The position numbers and the translations under genes are program-made. A model generated the notes under the pieces. That model was not told where the DNA came from, did not search any database, and saw only the letters and a list, made by a program, of their open reading frames with translations. 53,205 bases of DNA, from contig JBBSJG010000002.1 of assembly GCA_038257485.1 (NCBI GenBank), positions 1 through 53,205 on the forward strand, written 5' to 3'. The stretch comes from Longimicrobiales bacterium. Its GTDB lineage: Bacteria > Gemmatimonadota > Gemmatimonadetes > Longimicrobiales > RSA9. Shown in pieces: positions 8,953 to 16,752 of the stretch. The first letter of the stretch is position 1; each line of letters opens with the position of its first letter.

Positions 8953-9918
8953 TCAAGTTTCGGAGGGTGTCTGATAGTGCGGCACGTCATGTGGCGAAAC
9001 CACGCGCGTCGCGCGGACATCACGACGGGCAAGTGATGCCCACGATGCGAGTGCGAACCAGACGGCGACACCCGTGGCCAGATGCATGGCCTGCCAGTGT
9101 GGTGCGAGGTTCATTGTGACCATTGCCGCCGCGACTGCAACCTGGAGCAGGACGCCCGCCTGTGCTGCGACGATCGCCGCGCGGGTCGCGCGCGAAATGG
9201 CCCGTTTCCGGGCGGCGAACCCGACGCCGAGGACGTGGAAGAACAGCAGGTAGGCCAGCATGCGGTGCGTGTAGTGAATGTGCGCGCTGGGAACCGCGCC
9301 CGCGGGCGGGCCGAAGGATCCGCTGCACAGGGGAAACCCCGTGCATGCCGTCGGCGCGCCGGGCGTTGATGCTGTCATCGATCCGAGGATGAGGACGATC
9401 AGGCCGAACCCGGCCGTCGCCATACCGAGCCGCCAGACCTTCCGCGCATCGGCTTCCGTCTCACCCGGCGCTATGGACACACCGCCGAGTGTGCCGGCGC
9501 GCACCGCCGCCGCCAGCAGTGTCCCGGACAGCAGGAGGGCAATGACGAAATGACCGACGGCGACATCTGCCGGTCGATCGAGATCAATGGTCAGGGCACC
9601 CATCGCATACGTCATGACGACGAGCACGGCCGACCAGCCGATCGGGCGCAGCAGACCACCCGGACCGCTGAACCCCGCAATCGAACGGTTCTTCCACGCA
9701 TAGATCAGGATGAGCAGCACCAGCAGCGCGCTCGCAGCTGCTGCCACACGGTGCGCATTCTCCAGGCCGGGACCCGAGATGCGAAGGATCCCGCCGAACA
9801 GGATCAACGCGTACGAATACAGCGCTGCACCCAATGCGAGATTGCCGAGGCGGCTCGCCTCCGGCCCGGACGGCACGATCTGTGACTTGAGCATGGGCGC
9901 CAATATGGTTGCGCCCAC
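8953..9918 (-). CDS. ctaA: heme A synthase (COX15/CtaA family)
   Basis: 8-TM protein with two-fold internal symmetry. Conserved His are present in AHRV, GHFV, THRMLAYL and AMHLATG. Start is GTG 9918 or ATG 9894. Confidence 0.82.
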   Translation of the reverse strand: MGATILAPMLKSQIVPSGPEASRLGNLALGAALYSYALILFGGILRISGPGLENAHRVAAAASALLVLLILIYAWKNRSIAGFSGPGGLLRPIGWSAVLVVMTYAMGALTIDLDRPADVAVGHFVIALLLSGTLLAAAVRAGTLGGVSIAPGETEADARKVWRLGMATAGFGLIVLILGSMTASTPGAPTACTGFPLCSGSFGPPAGAVPSAHIHYTHRMLAYLLFFHVLGVGFAARKRAISRATRAAIVAAQAGVLLQVAVAAAMVTMNLAPHWQAMHLATGVAVWFALASWASLARRDVRATRVVSPHDVPHYQTPSET

Positions 9919-9961
9919 TGCGTCTTGCTAGTGGGCGATCTCACGCCCTACACTCTCAGAC

Positions 9962-11143
9962 ATGCAAGCATTCGATGTTTCCGTGATCGGTGGCGGTATC
10001 GCCGGCGTCTCCGCAGCCCTCGCCGCCCGCGCGGCCGGCGCGTCCGTCGCCCTCATCCGCGCCGCACCCGGCGCCTCCGCACTCGGGTCCGGGGCATGGC
10101 ACGGCCCGCTCCCCACCCTCATCGGCGATGCACTCCATTCTGCCGGACTGCCCCATGTGCCATCGCCACACCCCATGCCGCATCCCATGGGCGAGCTTCA
10201 CACCGCTTCGTTTGCCGCCGCTTCGCACGTCGCACCCTTCGCGATCGATACCGCATTCCTATGCGGCATTGCGGGGCTCGCCGGCTTCGTCGCACCGTCC
10301 CTGGCACGGCTGTATGCGACGCCGGGCAGCCCGCCGCTCGCACACATGACCGCAGGGATCAGCGGGACACCGCCCGCCGGATGGGCGCCACTGGCCCTCG
10401 CCGCCGCCATCGAACGCGACCCCTCCATCGTGGCCGCGGCAATCGACGGCGTGATCCCTGACGGTGCGACGCACATCCTGATGCCTGCGGTGCTCGGCCT
10501 GGAGGGCGGTGACGCGGTCCGCGCTTCCCTGTCCACGGCGCTCGGGCGTCCTGTCTTCGAGTGCCTCGGTGCACCGCCGTCGATCCCCGGCTGGCGCCTC
10601 GATCGCGCGCTGCTGCGCGCGCTGCGGTCTGCTGGCGTGCAACTCATCACGGGTCGCGTCAACGGGTTCGATGCATCCCAGCACCGCATCACAGCGGTTC
10701 ATCTGGCGAGCGACGCGACTGGCGGCGAGGGTGCAGAGCAATCGGTCGGCGCAGTGCACTTCGTGCTGGCGTCTGGCAAGTTCCTGGGGGGCGGAATTGC
10801 GACGCGGCTGCTCGACTCGCACGAGCAGGGTCTCGCCGAGACCGCGCTCGGCCTGCCCATCTGGATCGATCATCTTGACCAGACTTTTGCGACGGCGGAA
10901 TCCCTCACGTTGACGAGCCGGGTCCGGACGTATGACCAGCCTCTGCTGCGCGCCGGTGTTCACACGAACGCACTCTACCGACCGGTCGATCCGCGTGACC
11001 GCATCCTGTACAGCAACGTCATCGCCGTGGGTGCAGTGCGCGCAGACATCGACACCGCCGGCCTCGGCCTCGGCGTTGCAGCAGAACACGCGATCGCCGC
11101 GATGGACCAGCTGCTGTCAACAACATCACAGGGTACTGCGTAA
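9962..11143 (+). CDS. GlpB-like FAD-binding flavoprotein (anaerobic glycerol-3-phosphate dehydrogenase subunit B family)
   Basis: N-terminal dinucleotide fold VSVIGGGIAGVSAA. Colinear with E. coli GlpB from memory (ILMPAVLGLE, PPSIPGWRL, FVLASGKFLGGGI, NVIAVGAV). Confidence 0.8.
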   Translation: MQAFDVSVIGGGIAGVSAALAARAAGASVALIRAAPGASALGSGAWHGPLPTLIGDALHSAGLPHVPSPHPMPHPMGELHTASFAAASHVAPFAIDTAFLCGIAGLAGFVAPSLARLYATPGSPPLAHMTAGISGTPPAGWAPLALAAAIERDPSIVAAAIDGVIPDGATHILMPAVLGLEGGDAVRASLSTALGRPVFECLGAPPSIPGWRLDRALLRALRSAGVQLITGRVNGFDASQHRITAVHLASDATGGEGAEQSVGAVHFVLASGKFLGGGIATRLLDSHEQGLAETALGLPIWIDHLDQTFATAESLTLTSRVRTYDQPLLRAGVHTNALYRPVDPRDRILYSNVIAVGAVRADIDTAGLGLGVAAEHAIAAMDQLLSTTSQGTA

Positions 11144-11589
11144 TGTCGAAATACCAGGCATGGATCAACCTCGCATACAACTTCGGCAAGCACGTACTCC
11201 TTCGCATGCCGACGCGGCCATTCAGCCACGACATGGAGACATTCGTCGGACAAGTCGTACCCGAAGGGTATGTCCCGCTAGATGCCGACGACCGGAACGT
11301 CATTCCCTCGATCATGCGCTGCGTGCACTGCGGCCTGTGCGCGCTCAGCTGCCCCGCACTCGCCGGTGCGCCCACCAGTGCGTGGAGTGAGGCATGGACA
11401 TTTGCCGGCGGACTCTCGCGCTCGCTCGACCACGCCGATCTCGTTTCGGCGGATCTTTCACCGTGTACGCGTTGCGCTGAATGCGACGCTGCGTGCCCGA
11501 CAGGCGTCCCCATCGCGCGTCTCGCAACGCTCGTGACCAATATGGCTGAGCGGGGTGCCATGATGAACGCCGGACACATCCATGCATAG
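11143..11589 (+). CDS. 2[4Fe-4S] ferredoxin-like protein (GlpC/HdrC N-terminal type)
   Basis: Two CxxCxxCxxxCP motifs (CVHCGLCALSCP, CTRCAECDAACP). The ATG overlaps the TAA of the upstream gene (TAATG). Confidence 0.8.
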   Translation: MSKYQAWINLAYNFGKHVLLRMPTRPFSHDMETFVGQVVPEGYVPLDADDRNVIPSIMRCVHCGLCALSCPALAGAPTSAWSEAWTFAGGLSRSLDHADLVSADLSPCTRCAECDAACPTGVPIARLATLVTNMAERGAMMNAGHIHA

Positions 11590-12745
11590 GCATATCCGCT
11601 CCTGGATCATCATCACACTGCTCATCCTGACGCGGTACGCGCCCACTATGGCACAAGAGAATCAGCAGCGACCGCGTGCGCGCGAAGCAGGCGTCATTGT
11701 CGGTGTGTTCCCGACGGGCGCGCACAATGCGATCACCGATGTCGCAGGCGTCCGGGTCGGTCACACCACACTGCACCGCGGCGACAGCATCCACACCGGT
11801 GTTACCGCCATCCTCCCCCCGGGCGACGACTGGTTCCATGACCGCCCGCCCGCCGCGATCGTCGTCGGCAACGGGTTCGGCAAGCTGATCGGCTCGACAC
11901 AGGTGAACGAGCTCGGCGAGCTCGAGACGCCGATCCTGCTCACATGCACCCTCTGCGTCTGGCGCACTGCGGATGCAATGGTCGGATGGCTGTTGCAGCG
12001 GAAGGACATGCAGGACGTGCGCTCCATCAATCCTGTCATCGGCGAAACCAATGACGGCGGCCTGAACGATATCCGCAGCCGCCCAGTCACCGGCGATGAT
12101 GTGGTTCGTGCACTCGAGAGCGCCGCGTCCGGCCCCGTTGCAGAAGGGTCCGTCGGCGCGGGCGCCGGCACAGTGGCGTTCGGATTCAAGGGGGGGATCG
12201 GCACCAGTTCACGCGTGCTGCCCGCAAGCAATGGCGGTTATACCGTGGGCGTTCTCGTGCAGACGAATTATGGCGGTGTGCTCACTATCAATGGTGCGCC
12301 GGTCGGTCGCGAGCTGCGCGCGAACCGCGTCGGTGCCATCGACTCCTTCGACCTTGCCGCCACGTACGGCACACAGGACGGCAGCTGCATGATTGTCGTC
12401 GCGACGGACGCACCCGTCGACCACCGCGTCCTGCAGCGCATTGCGAACCGCGCGCTCGCGGGCATGGCCCGAACCGGATCGTCATTCAGCAATGGATCGG
12501 GCGATTACGTGATCGCGTTCTCGACAGCCGAGTCCGTTCGCCGCCGCGACACGCGAACCCCCCGCGCCGTTACCGACCTCCCCAATGAAGCACTGTCACC
12601 CATCTTCCAGGCCGTCATCGAAGCCACTGAAGAGGCCATCTACAACTCACTCTTCAAAGCCACCGACGTGAAAGGCCCGCGCTCCACAGTACGCGCCCTG
12701 CCGCTGGAACAGACCTTGAAGATACTGGAGAAGTATAAGGGGTAA
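11582..12745 (+). CDS. P1/S58 family peptidase (DmpA-like aminopeptidase), secreted
   Basis: Signal-like N-terminus; ITDVAGVRVGHTT, GVTAILPP and FKGGIGTSSR motifs of the DmpA/S58 Ntn-hydrolase family. Confidence 0.87.
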   Translation: MHRHIRSWIIITLLILTRYAPTMAQENQQRPRAREAGVIVGVFPTGAHNAITDVAGVRVGHTTLHRGDSIHTGVTAILPPGDDWFHDRPPAAIVVGNGFGKLIGSTQVNELGELETPILLTCTLCVWRTADAMVGWLLQRKDMQDVRSINPVIGETNDGGLNDIRSRPVTGDDVVRALESAASGPVAEGSVGAGAGTVAFGFKGGIGTSSRVLPASNGGYTVGVLVQTNYGGVLTINGAPVGRELRANRVGAIDSFDLAATYGTQDGSCMIVVATDAPVDHRVLQRIANRALAGMARTGSSFSNGSGDYVIAFSTAESVRRRDTRTPRAVTDLPNEALSPIFQAVIEATEEAIYNSLFKATDVKGPRSTVRALPLEQTLKILEKYKG

Positions 12746-12748
12746 CTG

Positions 12749-12767
12749 ACGCGCCCTTCGGGCGCGT
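12749..12767 (+). terminator. GC hairpin immediately after the peptidase stop
   Basis: acgcgccc-ttc-gggcgcgt, a 7-8 bp GC stem starting 4 nt after TAA 12743-12745. No T-tract follows. Confidence 0.4.
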
Positions 12768-12771
12768 GACC

Positions 12772-12932
12772 GCTTTGCTGGCGGACCGCTGCGCTGGCGA
12801 ACCGTGCCTGGCGGCACTGGCGGACCGCGCCGTTGGCGCTGGCGGATGTGAACGGCACGCGGCACTCACGGGTTTCGCCTTCCGCCAGCGCCGCAGGCGC
12901 GGTCCGCCAGCACAGCGGTCCGCCAGCAAAGC
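12772..12932. repeat. long imperfect inverted repeat built from CTGGCGG/CCGCCAG units
   Basis: Left arm 12772-12823 and the reverse complement of right arm 12882-12932 agree at about 46 of 52 positions. The first 20 nt, gctttgctggcggaccgctg, are identical. Five CTGGCG[GA] copies lie on the + strand and three CCGCCAG copies in the right arm. The element lies between convergent genes. Confidence 0.8.
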
Positions 12933-12936
12933 TGGC

Positions 12937-14145
12937 TCAGCCAGCGAAGCGGTCAGCCAGCTCCGCTGGCTCCCCCAGCTCTTCCGTCAAGAACACATGC
13001 AGCTCTTCTGCACGGCGTTCCGCATCCGCTTCGCCGAGTGCAATCAGCTTCCTGATGTATTCGGGTTCGAACAGAAGCATCGACAGCACGTCCGGCGACT
13101 TCTGTTCTGCCGTGCCGAGACCGCGCACCATGAAGCGGAAGAGCATCGGAAGTCGGGCTTCCGACCCCCTCGCCAGTGTGCCGAGGTCCTGACTCGGCCG
13201 GATGTTGATGAAGGAAATCTTCCGCATGCCGTCGCGGCTCTCCGCCGGGATCTTGTCCACCAGTGCATTGACGGTCTCGAGTCGCATCGAGTCCTGGTCG
13301 ATGAGGTCGAGGAACACGGCATTGAGCAGCACGCCGAGTACCTGCGCCGGCGGTGGATACCCTACGACGCCCGCGGCATCCGATTCCTGCTTCGTCTTGT
13401 CGTACCGTGTGGAGATGGCGAGGATGCGGTCCGCACCGAGATGAAGTGCGGGTGAGAGTGGCGCCGCCAGGCGGATTCCGCCGTCGCCATAGAATTCATT
13501 GCCAATGCGCACTGCGGGAAAGAAGATCGGCAGTGCGGCAGATGCCATGATGTGATCGATCGTGATCGGCCCCATTTCGGTACGACGCTGCGGGCGAGTC
13601 CACGGCTTGAGCTGATTCCCTTTCAGCCACACGACCGTCTGTCCTGTCGAATAGGACGTCGTGATGATCGCGACGGCGGTGAGCTTCCCCTTCGCCAGAT
13701 TGTAGTCGATGCCGGTGAGTTCGCCGTTGACGGGTGCGAGCGACTCCTCGAGAAGCGTGCGCAACGGCGATGTGTCGAGGAATGCATTCGGGCGAGGACC
13801 GCGCACGAGCCCGCCACTCATGAGTCGCGCGCCCATATGGAATGCACGTTGCACGAGCGACATCGCGTCGACACGAAAGACGTGCTCCACCGCCAGTTCG
13901 CTCCACAGGTGGGTCATCTCATCGACCGCCTGCCTGAACGTACCCGGATGCGATGCCAGCTTCGCGGAATTGACGGCACCGGCGGATACACCGGTAATGA
14001 TCGGGATCTGCAGATCGGGATAGTGACGCGCGATCCAGCGCAGCACGCCGACCTGGTATGCGCCGCGCGCGCCGCCGCCCGTAAGGACGAGGCCGAGGTC
14101 TGAGGCGCTCTGGAGTGGTGCGGGCTTTGCCGGCGTATTCGTCAT
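12937..14145 (-). CDS. patatin-like phospholipase
   Basis: GGGARGAYQVG oxyanion motif, GVSAGA (GxSxG) nucleophile and DGG (YGDGGIR) catalytic Asp motif. Confidence 0.9.
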   Translation of the reverse strand: MTNTPAKPAPLQSASDLGLVLTGGGARGAYQVGVLRWIARHYPDLQIPIITGVSAGAVNSAKLASHPGTFRQAVDEMTHLWSELAVEHVFRVDAMSLVQRAFHMGARLMSGGLVRGPRPNAFLDTSPLRTLLEESLAPVNGELTGIDYNLAKGKLTAVAIITTSYSTGQTVVWLKGNQLKPWTRPQRRTEMGPITIDHIMASAALPIFFPAVRIGNEFYGDGGIRLAAPLSPALHLGADRILAISTRYDKTKQESDAAGVVGYPPPAQVLGVLLNAVFLDLIDQDSMRLETVNALVDKIPAESRDGMRKISFINIRPSQDLGTLARGSEARLPMLFRFMVRGLGTAEQKSPDVLSMLLFEPEYIRKLIALGEADAERRAEELHVFLTEELGEPAELADRFAG

Positions 14146-14189
14146 GACCTCTACGCTACACCCTGCCGACGCGACACGCTAGTTAGAGG

Positions 14190-16712
14190 CTATGGATTCT
14201 TGAGATCTTTCGGGCCGAGGATCACGAGCTTCGTAGTCCGTGTCGTCTCCTTCTGCGCTTCGACATCGGTGATCGTCACCTTCAGGTCGTACTGGCCGGC
14301 CTCCATATCAGCTCCGATCGAACGGACCTGCTGCAGGCCGTATCGGTCCGCGCCTGGTGCTGCGACGTCATCGAAGTTCAGTTCGACCGCGCGCTTCTTC
14401 CCGACAATCGATTTGATGGCACCCGTGATACCACCACTTTCCTTCGGCGCCACCTGGATCGTCGTCCTGTACTTCGCGCCCGGAGCAAGATTGTAGACTT
14501 CGTAAAACAACTTGAATTGCTTGTTGTGTTCGACCTGGTGCGACGGGATGGGATTGATGTCCGTGCGCCCCCGCTTCCATCTGCCGTCGCCCGCCTCACC
14601 AACAACCAGGTCACTCATCATCAACTCGCTGCCTGCAAACGACGGCACATTGCGACTGCCGGTGCGGATGTCGCCCTCCCCGGCATTCCCGGTGTTCTCG
14701 ATCACCACACTGTAACTCGCGAGGTGCATGGGCGAGGCCTGCATGTCGAGCGTGGCGCGGAACCACTGTCCCTTGGCCACCGAACGGTCGGCGCGGAATG
14801 CGGGCTTGCTGTCTGCCCGTTGAATGCGCCCCGATGCGGAGTCGATCACGATCAGCGACAGCGACAGCGGATACACGGTAACCCCGTTCTGCTGCGCAGG
14901 CGTGAACCGCTGGCCGGGGATGAGCACTGCCGCAGTCAGCGCTGTGCCGCCGTCGTCGCCCCGGAATGCGTAGATCTGCGTGATCGCCTGCAGCGGCGAC
15001 ACATACTTGGGTCGCGCGTCATCCGCCTTGAGCGCGGTGCGCGCCAGTTGGCGGTCGCGCTGCGCGATCACTTTCGCATCGGCCGTCAGCTCACCGATGT
15101 ATCCCATCGTATAGGGCCACTCCCGGCCAGGGCCGAGCAGACGGTCTGCTGCCAGGTCCTTGAGCGATGGCGGCCCACCTGTGTTTGCCTCCGTGTCGGG
15201 TCCGGCCAGTATGTTGAGGTCGGTGATCGCGATCTGGCAGCGATTCATGTACGTGCCGAGCCGCTTGTCGTACTTCGCGCGCTCCGTGAGATAGTCCAGA
15301 TAGCGCATTTCTGCGCCGATGCCGCCTTTCGCGGATGTCAGCCCGCCGAGATTGGTGCGCAGGAGGTTGGCGCTGCCGCGATCGGACGCGCTCTGCCCCC
15401 ACTTGAGGAAAGCCGGATCGCACGGCTCGAGCGCGGACAGCATCCAGTTGCCGCCGCCCGCGAACTTGTGGAAGTGGTACATCTCCACTTCACCGGCGCG
15501 TGTGTAAACCCAGCTCTCGTTCGGTGGCGGGGTGATGTCGCCGGCAGGTGTCGAGATCACCACGTCCGGCTTCCCCAGCCGCACGTAGATCAGGCCGCGG
15601 TCATCGAACGGAAGGTCCTGATTATCGCCGTCGATGATGAATGCCTCGCCACCGCGAACCCCGAACTTGCCATCACGCTGATACCTCGAAAGCGCGTGCT
15701 GCATCCTGTCGAAATGTTCGGTCAGCCGCTGTGGTACGGTGCGCCCCGACTTCGCTGCCGATTTTTCCCAGAACGTGTGGAGCCACGAGGCCTTCTCATC
15801 GGGCGCCAGGTCGCGCAGCGCGGCGCGATCGTCCTCCACGAGCAGCGCCTTGACGTCATTCGAGTACGCAGTCAACAGCGCGGAGTCGGCGAACGCGGTA
15901 CCGGTCAGGCCCTGCATGTATGCCGCCGCGCCCGCATCCGCCTCGGCCGGAAGCGCCAGCAGCGCGATCCCGAGTGCGCGCTGCGCGGCGCCGTCGGGCC
16001 GCAGTTTTACTGCAGCGCGCGCGGCTTCCGCTGCCGCCGACCGATTGCCTCGCAGCATCTCCAGTTCCGCGAGTTGGGTGTAGATCCCCGCCGTCGCGCG
16101 CCCGGCGCCGATGGCCTTACGCGACGCGCTTGCTGCAGTACTGACGTCCTTCGGCAGCTTCGTCAACAGCGCGATCCGCGCGAGCTCGGTGACTGCCGGC
16201 TCGAAGGCGGGATCGATCTCGAGCGCGCGCTGCAACGATCGCTTCGCGCGGCCCGCCGCATCGAGACCGACAATGCCACCCAGTGCCGACACCGTCGCTG
16301 CGCCGGGGAGGTAATGGATGAATCGCGACTGGAACTCGGGGCCGTGCGCGAGCGCCCAGCCATAGCCGAAATGCGCCCATGTGTTTCTCTCGTCCTGATC
16401 CTTCGCGTTGTCGAACGATCGCTGCGCGCGTTTCCGCGAACCGTCGTCATCCGTCAGCTCGAACAATCGCTTTTCGAGAAGGGCATAGCGGAGGTGAACG
16501 TCTGGGGGTGCTTTCTCGTCCGTCGGCGCACTCGCGAGCACCATCTCGCGGATCGCGGCCACATCGCGCAGGGTCGACAGAGAGTCCGCGAACAGCGCAG
16601 GCTGCAGCGCACTGGACAGCGCCGGTGGTCCGGACGGGCGGGGCTCCTGGCCGTCGGCAGCCGCCGCCAGAAACAGCAGGGACGCCGTCGCACCCATCAG
16701 TTTGAGCTTCAT
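14190..16712 (-). CDS. secreted TPR-like / GWxTD-like domain protein (paralog A)
   Basis: 840 aa with a signal peptide (MKLKLMGATASLLFLAAAADG). The core FWEK..HFDRMQHALSRY..PFDDRGLIYVRLGKPD..ESWVY..MYHF resembles the GWxTD domain architecture. It is paralogous to 20452..22647. Confidence 0.8.
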   Translation of the reverse strand: MKLKLMGATASLLFLAAAADGQEPRPSGPPALSSALQPALFADSLSTLRDVAAIREMVLASAPTDEKAPPDVHLRYALLEKRLFELTDDDGSRKRAQRSFDNAKDQDERNTWAHFGYGWALAHGPEFQSRFIHYLPGAATVSALGGIVGLDAAGRAKRSLQRALEIDPAFEPAVTELARIALLTKLPKDVSTAASASRKAIGAGRATAGIYTQLAELEMLRGNRSAAAEAARAAVKLRPDGAAQRALGIALLALPAEADAGAAAYMQGLTGTAFADSALLTAYSNDVKALLVEDDRAALRDLAPDEKASWLHTFWEKSAAKSGRTVPQRLTEHFDRMQHALSRYQRDGKFGVRGGEAFIIDGDNQDLPFDDRGLIYVRLGKPDVVISTPAGDITPPPNESWVYTRAGEVEMYHFHKFAGGGNWMLSALEPCDPAFLKWGQSASDRGSANLLRTNLGGLTSAKGGIGAEMRYLDYLTERAKYDKRLGTYMNRCQIAITDLNILAGPDTEANTGGPPSLKDLAADRLLGPGREWPYTMGYIGELTADAKVIAQRDRQLARTALKADDARPKYVSPLQAITQIYAFRGDDGGTALTAAVLIPGQRFTPAQQNGVTVYPLSLSLIVIDSASGRIQRADSKPAFRADRSVAKGQWFRATLDMQASPMHLASYSVVIENTGNAGEGDIRTGSRNVPSFAGSELMMSDLVVGEAGDGRWKRGRTDINPIPSHQVEHNKQFKLFYEVYNLAPGAKYRTTIQVAPKESGGITGAIKSIVGKKRAVELNFDDVAAPGADRYGLQQVRSIGADMEAGQYDLKVTITDVEAQKETTRTTKLVILGPKDLKNP

Positions 16713-16752
16713 AAAGTCTCTACACAGGAACCCCGACCTGAAGTTCCCTGTC

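Noticed and set aside
12640-13455. Cluster of five overlapping ORFs on both strands around 12650-12930 (and 12766..13455 +)
   Set aside because: All frames are open because the region is a GC-rich palindromic repeat. The peptides are repeats of the same Ala/Arg/Gly strings, and the + ORF continues antisense into the patatin gene.
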